Shown here in pieces: positions 40,623 to 55,361 of a DNA stretch of 64,000 nucleotides. The stretch covers positions 7,812,001-7,876,000 of the forward strand of contig CATNEN010000001.1 of NCBI GenBank assembly GCA_950097015.1, written 5' to 3'. Position 1 is the first letter of the stretch. Each line of letters starts with the position of its first letter. The notes beneath the pieces were generated by a model. That model was not told the origin of the DNA and did not search any database. It worked only from the letters and a program-made list of their open reading frames with translations. This DNA is from Macrostomum hystrix. Taxonomy: Eukaryota; Animalia; Platyhelminthes. The translations under genes were made by a program, and so were the position numbers.

Positions 40623-43600
40623 ATGCAAAGTAAGTACCATTGGCAGACTTATAAAATATATATTGCTGTATGTCAATTGTTTAGTATAGAATTTTTTGTA
40701 TGTTTTTGTCTATCCTTAATAGTAAAGTTTTGATCTCGAGTTCTATGATATGAATTTCGTGAAATGTTGTTCAAAATACTAATAGGCATACAAACATATT
40801 TCTCATCAATAATAGTATCATTTCATAGGTTTCTGATTATCTATGTGCTTTTTGTGAGCTGTACATTTGTTACTATTAGTCAGATCCAGATATTATCATA
40901 GTTGGATGCCTTGTAATATTTTTAAAGTACACCCCTTTTAGTGTCGCAGAAGTTTTAAAAGTAGCTGATGCAACTATTCACAAAATCTTTTTTAATGGCG
41001 TGGCCATGAACATCAGACTAGTCACTGTTAAGCTCTAGGCTCAAAGGTCACCGTAATGTCAATGGCTATCTTTAATAGTTAGTCTTTAGCCGTTTGATTA
41101 TTCATCTGGTTAGGGTAATGTATCATCAACCAAACAAGAATGTGTATTTTTTTAACTTCAAACCTAAGCTACAGATTTTCTATTTAAGATAAGATGATAA
41201 ATCAAAAGCCAAGTTATAGAAAACAGTTACATCTTTCTAAAAAGTATCTGCTTTTGCTATTTTGTCAAATAGAAAAAAGTTATTCCTGCTTTTTATCTAA
41301 AACCAAACAATGATTTTCATGTATCTTCAAACCAAACAGAGAATTTGATGTTTGGTTTTACATTTGAGTGAGTGGTTTAATCTTATTTTAAGGAGTGAAC
41401 TATCATGAATTATGTCATTTGAAAGCATTTTTCATGCTCTATAAATAATTACATTTATGGTCATTTAATTGGCAAGCAACCACATACAATCTTTGTCTAA
41501 AGTATATACTGAAAAAATGTTGTTAAAAAGTATGCTTTTGCGATAAAAATTTCTACTGAAACATCAATATCTTTCTTTCCTCTTAATGCTTCATTGCACA
41601 TCATGCCTCAGCTTGTAGATAATTTCTTCAACTTTCAAATTAGTTGTTCTGTGAAACACAATTAGCTTGTTTCTGTCTTGCACGAGATCAAGGAAGGAGT
41701 CAAAATTCTTGTTCGGTTTGAAGATACACTGTTCGGTTGATGATACATTACCCTAGCCAAGTTATAACTTATAACTGAGTTATAAGGGGTTGTAGCACTA
41801 CTACAAGAACCTCTATCATTTGTAAGATAAAATAATTAACAAGCTGCAAAAGGACAGTCATTCAGATTTAAAGTTTGTGTCTCAAATTATTTTCACTTAT
41901 CAGCTAATTAAAAAATGAAAACCTTTTCCAGAAATTCGATTGTTTCAAGGACTAACTTAGTTCAAGGGTATAGTTTGGTCTTTGTGAGGTCAAGACTCAA
42001 GATGGCTCTCAGCAGGGCAAGAGTGGTCTTTAGGAGGATTGTTGCTCCTGCTCATTGAAAAGGGAGAAATTAAGTCCTTGGGTGGTTAACCGCCAACCGG
42101 TTAACCGGACAAATAATCAAATGGCTATTTGTCTGGTTAACCGGACAAATAACAACTACCAATGTCAATAGATAAATAACAATAGTATGGAAAAAAACTA
42201 ATCATTAATCTTACTAGCTTGTCAAATTTCTAGACTGACAATGCTCATTGCCAAATTGGCATGGTCCCATGCAAATAGTGCCAAATTCATCTATATGGAT
42301 CTATGCCAATAATGCTTATCTTTTCTAGTAATATATTGAATTAAGGGCACTTCTACATTTTCAGACCACCCTGTAGCTAAGTCAAGACTATTCCTATGTA
42401 AATTAAAAAATAGCTTGACTCAATGTTTTTAGTAAAAAAGCTTATATTTTTATAAACTGTCTTATTTAGATATTTTCATTTTTATTCAATTAGCTTATTT
42501 GTAGATCATGTCAATGGCATAATTATATTTCTTTTAGTTTTATGCTTTTAATGGTTTTATTAGTGCTTAGACATAATAATAAGAAAATGTTTCTTTCCAT
42601 TTTTTAGTCTTTAAAATGCACCAAATAGCTATGCTAAATGCTCTATTGGCTATGAGTTTTCTTTTTCAATCACGAATTGATTTAAGAAATATATAACTTT
42701 ACTAAGCTCTATTGTAGACTCTAAAAGCTTGATCAAATAGATATATTATTTATACATGTACAATATGGTAGCCTATTCTAGCCAGCTACTATGTGGATAT
42801 TATGGATATTATGAGTTTTATTGCCATAAATTTATGTGGATGTCAAGGCACTATTTACAAAAATTTATTTTAATTCACATGAATCAGTACTAATATGCCT
42901 ACCTTATCTGTATTGCAGCTTAGTGAAATAGGCCACTATGTTGCAGCCAGCCATGCATTTTTATTTGTAAATTATAGAAATAAAAAACAAATTACAAAAT
43001 CTAATTTATAATGAATAATAAAAACTTTTCATGAATTATTTGGGCTAAATGTATAGTCAGGTAAAGTTAAATGTTTCAATACTCTTTATGATTTTGTAGT
43101 CAAGTATGTTTTTTAGTTAAATTAAACCAAATAGACTGTCTTTAACTCTAGACTAGACCTTTTAGAGTCTAATTTCTAAAGCTCTGTGTAAGCTTAGTTA
43201 CGATTTTTTACGATTTTACGATTTAAATATAGATTTTTAACAGCTTCTAAGTTTTTGATTCAAATGGGTATTGGACTGTTAGCATTGATAATGACATGTT
43301 GTACTACAGCATACTAGATTAATAATTCTTTTAATTTCATACTTTATACTTTCTCAGGCACAGCAGCAGGTACGCCACTAGCCGAATTAATTGATGATGC
43401 TAGTGAGGACACACTGCGTCAATTATTGCAGAATAGCAAGCATAGAGTCATTCAGCTGGCTAAAATGGTAGCAGCAAAGGATAAAGAGCTACTGGTTTGT
43501 AATGTAAGTCTGGTTAATATTTTTTTCTTTTTATTACAAGCAGCAAAACTTAAAACAATATTTTCACTTGTTAACTCTAGCAACAACTAGATCAGCTACG

Positions 43601-44540
43601 CTCTGAGGCTGCTAACCAATCCGTTAACAATATGAGATTAGCTGCACTAGATCCAGCTGTTGGCCTGGCTCTGCATAGACTCAAACAGGAGCTCAACGAC
43701 ACCAAGGAACGTTTAGAGCAGGCTCAAAGCGATTTATCGGCTTGGAAGTTCACGCCGGATAGTCAGTCGGGTAAGCGACTAATGGCTCGCATTCGCCAGA
43801 TGCAAGAAGAGAATAGCGAGCTGAGCCGCGGTGTGTCGTCTGGCAGTGTGGCCAAACTAGAGACCGAGATTTCTCTGCAACGCGTACTGCTCCAGGATAT
43901 GCGACGAACTCAGACTGGTTAGTTTCTAATCATTTTGTTTACTGTAGCTAACTTAACATAGGGGTGAAAAAAAGAAAATTGTTCCTTCAATTTTTGTTCT
44001 GACATACAGTCCAAGTTTTAACATGTATAAGTAAACAATGCAATTTTAGCCAAGCAAACAGGCCTATATTTAAAAGTAAGTAATTTTCTACTAGGCAAAT
44101 AGTAGACGGCTAGTTCTGTATCGAAATGTGGAACTTATGAATACTATTAGACCGCATTTTACTGTAGCAACAATATAACATTTAGCTAGAGATTTTTCAT
44201 AACTTTCTTTTTTCGACAATAAAATATATTACAATTTTACTAGCTATAGTTAATAAAAACGATCCTTTCAATATATTGAAGTGTTGAAAGTGGCTAGTTA
44301 GCTCTCACGAGCGTTAAATATCCTAGTAATCTGTTTCAATCCTATCTCTCACAAACTCCAGAGCAAGAAGAATTCCTAATGGAGATCGACTCCGAGACTG
44401 AATCGCTTCAGTCCACTGTTGTACAGTTACAGTCCCAGCTAACTGAGGCCTACAGTCAGATACACGTGCTAGAGCAGAGTCTGCGAGCTAGGGGCGTCCT
44501 TAGTGGCAGCGGTGATGCAGTGACGCCGGTTGACAATTAA
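40623..44540 (+). CDS. WTAP: WTAP / Fl(2)d, m6A methyltransferase complex subunit (about 222 aa)
   Basis: Exons 40623-40629 (ATG CAA A|GTAAGT, least certain), 43358-43503, 43581-43917, 44362-44540 join in frame. DPAVGL...KERLEQAQSDLSAWKFTPDSQSGKRLMAR...QEENSEL is the diagnostic WTAP core. AATAAA at 44711. Confidence 0.92.
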
Positions 44541-44799
44541 GATTATTTGTTCTAATATTGTTTTTCTAAATTTTGCCAAATGTAATAGCAGCATTTTGTT
44601 ACGCTTATTTTAGTATTACATTGACAGTTATATTTATCTCTTGTATAAATTTCAGTTACTTAATAGTATGTTTCTCTGTGTTTTTTTAATCAATTCGACT
44701 ATGCGGCTAAAATAAAAAATGTTAAAAGAGCTTTTATAGTATGCTATTTTACATCCACTGTCTTTTATCTACTAAAACAGCTTTGATTTCATTAGGTTA

Positions 44800-46415
44800 G
44801 ACTTTCTGTCTCCACAATCCCTAAAGTAGAATAGATTTCCTATCTCCCTAATCCCTAAAGTAGATTAGGTTTCCTCTCTCCCTAATTCCTAAAGTAGAAT
44901 AGATTTCCTCTCTCCCTAATTCCTAAAGTAGAATAGATTTCCTATCCCCCTAATCCCTAAAGTATAATAGATTTCCTCTCTCCCTAATCCCTAAAGTAGA
45001 ATAGATTTCCTATCTCCCTAATTCCTAAAGTAGAATAGATTTCCTCTCTCCCTAATTCCTAAAGTATAATAGATTTCCTATCCCCCTAATTCCTAAAGTA
45101 GAATAGATTTCCCATCTCCCTAATTCCTAAAGTAGAATAGATTTCCTCTCTCCCTAATCCCTAAAGTATAATAGATTTCCTATCCCCCTAATCCCTAAAG
45201 TATAATAGATTTCCTACCCCCCTAATCCCTAAAGTAGAATAGATTTCCTATCTCCCTAATTCCTAAAGTAGAATAGATTTCCTCTCTCCCTAATCCCTAA
45301 AGTAGAATAGATTTCCTATCCCCCTAATCCCTAAAGTAGAATAGATTTCCTATCTCCCTAATTCCTAAAGTAGAATAGATTTCCTCTCTCCCTAATCCCT
45401 AAAGTAGAATAGATTTCCTATCCCCCTAATCCCTAAAGTATAATAGATTTCCTACCCCCCTAATCCCTAAAGTAGAATAGATTTCCTATCTCCCTAATTC
45501 CTAAAGTAGAATAGATTTCCTCTCTCCCTAATCCCTAAAGTAGAATAGATTTCCTATCCCCCTAATCCCTAAAGTAGAATAGATTTCCTATCTCCCTAAT
45601 TCCTAAAGTAGAATAGATTTCCTCTCTCCCTAATCCCTAAAGTAGAATAGATTTCCTATCCCCCTAATCCCTAAAGTATAATAGATTTCCTACCCCCCTA
45701 ATCCCTAAAGTAGAATAGATTTCCTATCTCCCTAATTCCTAAAGTAGAATAGATTTCCTACCCCCCTAATCCCTAAAGTAGAATAGATTTCCTATCTCCC
45801 TAATCCCTAAAGTAGAATAGATTTCCTATCCCCCTAATCCCTGAAGTAGAATATATTTCCTATCTCCCTAATCCCTGAAGTAGAATATATTTCCTATCTC
45901 CCTAATCCCTGAAGTAGAATAGATTTCCTATCTCCCTAATCCCTGAAGTAGAATAGATTTCCTATCTCCCTAATCCCTAAAGTAGAATAGATTTCCTATC
46001 TCCCTAATCCCTGAAGTAGAATAGATTTCCTATCTCCCTAATCTCTAAAGTAGAATAGATTTTCTATGTCCCTAATCCCTGAAGTATAATAGATTTCCTA
46101 TCTCCCTAATCCCTGAAGTAGAATAGATTTCCTATCTCCCTAATCCCTGAAGTAGAATAGATTTCCTATCTCCCTAATCTCTAAAGTAGAATAGATTTCC
46201 TATCTCCCTAATCCCTGAAGTAGAAAAGATTTCCTATCTCCTTAATCCCTGAAGTAGAATAGATTTCCTATCTCCCTAATCCCTGAAGTAGAATAGATTT
46301 CCTATCTCCCTAATCCCTGAAGTAGAATAGATTTCCTATCCCCCTAATCCCTGAAGTAGAATAGATTTCCTATCTCCCTAATCCCCAAAATAGATTAGAT
46401 TTCCTCTCTCCCAAA
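44800..46415. repeat. 34-bp minisatellite TAGATTTCCTATCTCCCTAATCCCTAAAGTAGAA between WTAP and the TPR gene
   Basis: Direct inspection; the variant switches from CTAAAG to mostly CTGAAG from about 45841. Confidence 0.97.
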
Positions 46416-46622
46416 TCATTAATATCGATTCAGACTTTCTGTCTCCCCAATCTCTCAGATAAATAAGGCTTCGAGTTTTCCTAATCCCTAAGTCATTATA
46501 TGCATCAATATATTTTAAAAGTCGTCACCAAATATCGATCCGATTTCAGCTAGGGCGGCCTGCATTTTAAGGCAATAATTTTTTCTAATATTTATTAGTT
46601 AATAAAACCCAGCAAAGTCAGA

Positions 46623-47954
46623 ATGTCGGCCGATGCTAAGCAGCAGCAGCAGGTTGAAGATGAGCACGAGGACGCTCTAACAGAAGCTCGCGAACTATTC
46701 ATGGAATCCGAGTTCGAGCAGGCCCTGGTCAAGTTCAAAGAGGCCGAAGAAGCCGCCTCCGCTGACAAGTCCCGGTGGCCGGAGGTTCTGGCGGCCGAGA
46801 CTGGCCAAGCCGAAGTGGCCATTCAGAAGCGCGAATGGGCCGCCGCCGCTGAACAACTCACCGCCGCTGTTGCCGCCGCCGACGCCGCCGCCAAGGCTGC
46901 CGGCGACGAGGACGCGGCTTCGTCTGCGGCCGCCGCTCGCGATATGACCCGCGCCCACTACATGCTGGGCATCGCCATGCTGGGACAGAAGAAAATCGAA
47001 GAGGCAAAAGCTGAATTCGAAGCCGCTAGAAGCATCGCCAACGAGGCTGCCGATGCTGTTGACATGCTGTCCGATATTCAGGCAAGCCCAAAACTACTTG
47101 ATCTGTTGTGCGTTCTCATCTGGATTCTCATTGATTCCACTGTGTGTATTCTCATCCGGATAATCACAAATTCTCTGGTGTGTTCTCATCCGGATTATCA
47201 CAAATTCTCTGGTGTGTTCTCATCCGGATTATCACAAATTCTCTGGTGTGTTCTCATCCGGATTATCACAAATTCTCTGGTGTGTTCTCATTCGGATTAT
47301 CACAAATTCTCTGGTGTGTTCTCATCCGGATAATCACAAATTCTCTGGTGTGTTCTCATTCGGATTATCACAAATTCTCTGGTGTGTTCTCATCCGGATT
47401 ATCACAAATTCTCTGGTGTGTTCTCATTCGGATTATCACAAATTCTCTGGTGTGTTCTCATCCGGATTATCACAAATTCTCTGGTGTGTTCTCATTCGGA
47501 TTATCACACTCTCACCCAACAGGACCGCCTAGAGCAGCTAGACGAGGTTGAGGAGGATGACCTAATCGAGATCGCCCTGGAGTTCGGCGTCGCGCCCGAA
47601 GGCTCGCTAGCCGGCGACGAGGACGAGGAGGACTACGACGAAGAGGTCGATGACGAAGAGGATGAGGAAGAGGACGAGGACGAGGAGGGCGGCAAGCAAG
47701 TGGCCAATTCTCGCAAGCGTCGCGCCGCAGCAGCAGCCGCAGTCCGCGCCAACGGAGGCGGCGACGACGACGAAGAAGACTTTGACGACGAAGAAGACGA
47801 GGATGACGAAGAGGAAGACGAGGAGGAGGACGAGGAGGTGCCAACGAAGCGAGCTAGGCAGGCAACTGCGCTCTCTAGAAACGGTCGTCGAGTCGCCGGC
47901 GGCGGAGACGAGGATGAAGAGGAAGAGGAGGAAGAGGTGAGTTCGTCCGCTTGA
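46623..47954 (+). CDS. Uncharacterised TPR-repeat protein with long acidic D/E tracts and basic NLS-like motifs
   Basis: Exon 1 46623-47081 (CAG|GCAAGC, GC donor) and exon 2 47523-47954 join in phase 0. TPR-like helices (ARELFMESEFEQALVKFKEA; AHYMLGIAMLGQKKIEEAKAEFEAA), three D/E tracts, RKRR and KRAR. Strong GC3 codon bias. The extreme C-terminus is uncertain. Confidence 0.8.
47105..47507. repeat. 34-bp minisatellite TTCTCATCCGGATTATCACAAATTCTCTGGTGTG filling the TPR-gene intron
   Basis: About 11-12 copies, spanning nearly the whole 441-nt intron. Confidence 0.96.
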
Positions 47955-49524
47955 GTACAAATAAAGGTGGGCCGGTTAGTTGTTAATCTGTAATTGACTA
48001 TCGTTCTACATTTATATCTAAAAGAATATCGATATTCTGCAGTTCGTCAGTTGAAATTTGAGCATTAGCTAGCATATAAGTTCGATATTTGCTTCATTTT
48101 TTGTCGTTTATTTTTTTATCATTCACTGTTTAGCTGTTTATATTGAAACAAAAACAACAATGAGAGAGGCAAGCTTGAAATGTACCGAATGCATGTCACA
48201 TTGTATTAAATAATTAGTGAAGTAATTCGCTATTCTAAGACTAGTTTCTTGTTGTTCTCGGTGAATAAACTACCAATACACATTTTATGTATCGAGAAAA
48301 TAACTGGCTCTAAACGAAGCCTGTCGCTTTTTTCTGTCTCTTTTTTACAATGTTTTTGTTCTCGTCTGTTGCTTTTTTTCTTATTATTCATTTTTTAAAA
48401 CTTCAATCTTTAATCGCACGCGAAATAAATGAAAGTAGTTTTTTACACACGCATAAAACCTATTAGTTAATTGGACACGTGCGTTACGCGTTCTCGTCTG
48501 CATTTTCCCCATCTCAACCTCCCTAGTCTGTCTGTGTCTCTCTCTATTTTTCCCAACAATATCTGGTTAAGTTGTAAAAAATGATTTAGATAAATTGCAC
48601 TATTCTTACTACTAGTAATTTAGTAGCATAGCGCACACGGGTACAATTTTCAAGGTAACTTAGTACGCCTAAACCAGCTTCTATCATTAATATAGTAGTT
48701 CTCTCTCTCTCTCTGCTTGTCATTTAGTAAACCCTGTACATAGAGTTCATTATAGTCTTCTCCTCAAACTATAAGGCTTATCTATATTTGTTCTCAACTG
48801 TGCTTGCGCGCGCGTGTGTGTGTGTGTGTTGTCATTCATGTTTTGGCTAATCTGTTTTTTAATATTTTTTAAAAAATCAATCCGTAAGCATATATACTAC
48901 TGTTAATCTAAGTAGCCCATTTTTGTGCGTTTAAAAAATAGATTTCAAAAGTTTAATCTAATGCGCCCACTTTGGGTCTTGTTTTTTTATATATTTGTTT
49001 CTCCCACCCATAAAATATGTTTTCATTTCTTCTCTGTTATGCAACTTATATTTATTATCTATTTATATAGAAATGTAAATGAAGCTTGTTGTTTTAACAT
49101 TTTCTGTTGTCTTCTTCTTGGCTTCCCCAAGATAACCAATTTAGCTGTCCAATAAAATCAGTTGGTCCCGCGTTTTTGTGTGTTTCGTCCTGTTTTTTTA
49201 AATCGCTTTTTGTTGCACAATTGTTTGTGTTTAAATTGTTGAAAATAACAATGAAATTCTCGTCCCTTTACTTGTCTTTGCAGCTAAAAATGCGTTAGGA
49301 ATGCCCCTGGCTGGTTGACCTATTGGCAGTCTAATGCCTGTCTTTATATAAAGTTATCTAATTTTAATTGCTAACTTAATTTATTATTGTCTAATATGCT
49401 TCGTTTCAAATGTTGAATAAAACTTTCGTCTAATTAAGAAATAAAAATAAATCAAATGGCTAACTCTGAAACACCAACAATATTGGAAGGAAACTCAGCG
49501 GTTAGATTGTCTGTTCTCTGTGTG

Positions 49525-49915
49525 TTATTTATTTATTTAACAGTAGGACTACCAAGCCATTTTGCCGCCCGTTTTTATACCAAGGCCCTGACAATTATTT
49601 TTGGCAGCGCTGAATGCTAACAGCGTTGGGTGGTGACTGATTGGTTGACAGACTAGGCTATGGTGTCCTGTGGTTGAGCTGCGCCTAATATTTTGGCTTG
49701 AGCATTGAAATTTGAGAAATTCGCGTCAGGGTTTCCATAGTAGCTTAGTTCCACCTGTTGTAGCCCTTGAAGGTCCAGTCTAGATAAAGGTAGGTGACCA
49801 CCGAGGACGGAGATGGTGCAGGCACATTCGGGTGACATACTGATCAATTTTGAAGGCCTGGCAAGGCCGCACTGAGGCACAGTGCAAATTCGTGTATAGG
49901 GGTGTATGAAATACA
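49525..49915 (-). mobile_element. Possible decayed LINE 3' end
   Basis: More GC-rich island ending on the minus strand in a (TAAA)n tail near 49525-49540; weak Cys-containing peptide (SPECAC) reminiscent of non-LTR ORF2 C-termini. Confidence 0.3.
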
Positions 49916-50914
49916 CTAGCTCTTTTGGGAAAAATCGGACCTTCGGCCAGAAACATTGAATATCTCGACGGTCTGAAGAGTTGGCGACTTGTTTATTGTT
50001 TCAGAAGATGCGCAACAAAAAGTTGGCCCGTGTTCTTGAGTTTCGTGTGCTTGCATTGTTCCGTTCGGGTGCAGCAAAAAAAATTGTCGGGGGGGGGGGA
50101 AATCCCCCCCCCTTGGTAGTTCTACTGTTACGTCTATCTATGAACTTTATCGACATGAAAAATTTTGTAGCTTTCCTGACGTTACCGAAATGTCGATTTT
50201 GTAAACGTAATATTAGCCTAAAATATCCCCTAAAATTTCCCGAGAAAGATACACATTTGCTCAAATGATATAAAGCTAAAGAAATGTTCTACTCACAGGC
50301 TCAAATAACAAACAGCGGATTGATTTCGGCCTTAGTTAAAGGAATGAAATTGTTGTATTTAGAATTTTTTTAATTGACGCGCTTTTAACATATTAGAGAC
50401 ACCAGGCTAAGTGGGTGTCCCACTGCCTACTCCTAACTTCACGGTAGACAAAAGAAACGATTTTCGTGAGCTCTTTGCGATTAACTAACTTTTAAATCGT
50501 TTGTCGACAGTCGATCGTCGAGATATTCAGCGATTCGGCGATGTCGGAGACCCAGGTGACAAAATACAATTTGTTCTGTAAAAACAATTCTTAAATGTCT
50601 CATTAGTGCAGGCTGCAGGACACATCTGTCTTGTTAGCAGTTAACGCACGCTTAGCTGAGTATACTATGCCTAAGTTGCCTGTGCAGTTCTTTAATGAGA
50701 GTTTATTAGCATTTTTTCATGACAAAATACCTGCACAAGTTTCTATTTGTACAATTTTCTTGTTGATTTAGCAAATGCTCACTTAAGCAGCTAATATGAC
50801 TGATGATCATGCTCATGCCTTAACTATATAATTATGTCAATTATTCGAGAATGAAAATAAACATCTCTTTGACTCGTGAGCAAGCTTTTGATTTGGCACT
50901 TGGTTAATCAGAGA

Positions 50915-51192
50915 ACACCTCGCGTTTGCCTCTCGCACCTATAAGGTACCTGAGCTCGGTTCCGCGGCGAGGCCACATTCCTCTGGGACGCAGCCGCCGA
51001 GAGAAGGCTTGGGGGCTTGTCGTGCAATTTACGCCCTTGAGGGACAATGAGTAATTCAGGGCAGATGTACACACCCTGTGTGCTTGTGCCTGTGTACGGT
51101 ACGCTCGTATCTGTGTGCGTGTGCTCAGGAGTCAGAATTACATCCTCGCTGGCTGCGGGTCTAGTGTCACCAAATGATGTACCACAGCCGGC
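50915..51192 (+). mobile_element. SINE family C copy
   Basis: CGCGTTTGCCTC...CTGAGCTCGGTTCCGCGGCGAGGCCACATT head through GCTGCGGGTCTAGTGTCACCAAATGATGT tail; links the other three copies. Confidence 0.8.
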
Positions 51193-51774
51193 AATGATTA
51201 TACTCGCATTATCATATATCTAACACGAATAGATAAATCAGTATTCAATATTTTTAAAAGAGGAAATCCAGGTATTTCATGATTTACCGTGACTAATTCG
51301 GGATAAAACTCTATTGTCTATTACCAAAGCATTCATCCCGATCCGACACTAAGCCGTGGTTTTATTCCGCACTGTAATAGTGACTGGATGTCAGTGCCAA
51401 TTAGAAACAGCCAAGAGTTAGGGCAACTTACGGAATCTTAATTCCTACTTATCTTAAAAATACAATCTATGCATCTAAGCAGCTTGAATTTGATTGGTTA
51501 GCAGATAGTCAAACCATGGATTTGCTTGCTGGCAGGGTAGGGATTCTCAGGCCTGCAAATGACAATTTTGAACCAGCAAATCACCGATAAAATCTAACAC
51601 TGAGGTGGAAAACTTTTAATTGAGTTTCGGAATAGAAGACTCTGTTGTTCCGAAATAAATCAGTAGTTCGTTCATAATTACTCTCAGACATTTAGGAACA
51701 AGGAACAGCAAAACAGGACGGATTCAGGTGAGATTAAGCTCTTTACTGTTTCGCTACCTCTACACGATTTATTA

Positions 51775-54081
<2,307 letters not shown>

Positions 54082-54191
54082 TGAGCAGCCATCTGTTGGC
54101 CATCTGGACTCAGTCTGTTTTGAGTAGACGAGACGAGATGAGGGGATAGCCATCTGTTTATAAATATAAATAATAATGTACATCTGCCTCT

Positions 54192-54815
54192 GGAGGTCGT
54201 AGCCAAGTGGTTAGAGCGTTGGAATCGATCGGACTTAAAGGTCGGGGGTTCGATTCCCGACTCCACTGAAAAGTTTAGCAAGAAACGTAACTCTGCTGTT
54301 TAATAGCTTGGTAACTGGTTCGACCCCCAGTCCATGGACTGAATAGCTAATAAAAATTGACACTAGACCCAAGGGCCAGTGCAGGTGTTGTGTGTCAAGC
54401 ACACTAAAAGGTGGGGACTGCACACCTATTGTACTCCCCGGCTCTCTCGGACACCGGTTGACAGCCGCGTGTCAGCATTGGAATTTATTTTTTCCAAACA
54501 TATCGGCAGCATCCAAACCCCACTGAATTGCTGCACAGAACTGCTTTATTCCACGCCAGCCGGAATTATTATTACCCGACGAAATGTTGGTACTCATTTT
54601 CAGCTGAGTAGACTGTGTGCACTCAGGGCAAAGCAGCTTGCCAAGGGCTGCACGAATAGTTCTAGACTAGGTCGGGAGTCGAACCCAGGACCATCTGATC
54701 CAGAGTCCGACACCTTACTGACTGAGCTATCCGCCCTTAAACTGAACAGCTGCGGCTGTGGTGTCGGCTGTACATGTGGCCCGATTTATAGCAGATGTAA
54801 TCAATAATATTATAA
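54192..54815 (+). mobile_element. tRNA-derived SINE family A copy interrupted by a nested SINE
   Basis: Head GGAGGTCGTAGCCAAGTGGTTAGAGCG...GGGGTTCGATTCCCGACTCC has A and B boxes; body AGTCCATGGACTGAA is shared with 1381; the continuation after 54741 (CTGAACAGCT..GGCTGTACAT) parallels 1391-1420. Confidence 0.65.
54349..54740 (-). mobile_element. tRNA-derived SINE family B with CORE/Nin-like central domain, full length with TSD
   Basis: Minus strand: GGGCGGATAGCTCAGTCAGTAAGG...GGGTTCGACTCCC head, CCCTTGGCAAGCTGCTTTGCCCT...CAGCTGAAAATGAGTACC body. Flanked by ACTGAATAGCT (54338-48) and ACTGAACAGCT (54741-51). Confidence 0.75.
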
Positions 54816-55361
54816 ATTTATAATTTCTTCTACACCAATTTTTTAATCGGCATTGTAGCTCTAAAATATTTATTTTCATATTTCTAATAAAATCTACTGA
54901 TATCTCTGTAATTATTTGCTTTTTTAGGTAGTAGGTGAAAGTTTGTTAATTATCAGCAGGTCCCATTTTAATTTGATTAAAATAAGCGGCTTCTATTGAT
55001 CAGCAGTTTTTGTTGCACTTCAGTTTAAATTAGTCTGTCGTGTAGACTGTACTGCAATTTAGCCAGCACTCATAAACTAACTCAATTCCTACATGTCCGT
55101 TGTGATCGATCAATTGTGAATCCATTCTCTGACCGCGTATTCCGCCTATTTGATCATCAACTCAAGATCAGATTTCTAAATTGTCGATTTTTTTAGTTTC
55201 TTTTCACAGTTTTATTGATGCCTGAAGGGAAGTGAAGCGAATTGTGTCAGTTATTAATGCTGGTGTTTCTTAGAAATGCACTTTAGCTCGCAACTTGCAA
55301 CAAACTTGACTCCGCGTTTACTATTTACTGATGTTAAGTACTAAATAGGTGAGTGGTTAGT

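Noticed and set aside
44800-46415. Interstitial telomere
   Set aside because: CCCTAA occurs only as one or two copies within a 34-bp unit, not as a (TTAGGG)n tract.
50089-50113. G11-AAAT-C9 hairpin and GGTTAACCG clusters (42085-42150) as Helitron/MITE ends
   Set aside because: No matching second terminus, TSD or second copy is visible in the window, so there is too little support to call an element.
54192-54270. Functional tRNA genes at 54192 (+), 54670-54737 (-), 1200 (+) and 38715-38790 (-)
   Set aside because: A/B boxes are present, but the cloverleaf stems and anticodon arms are imperfect and each continues into a shared SINE body; treated as SINE heads. tRNAscan-SE would settle this.
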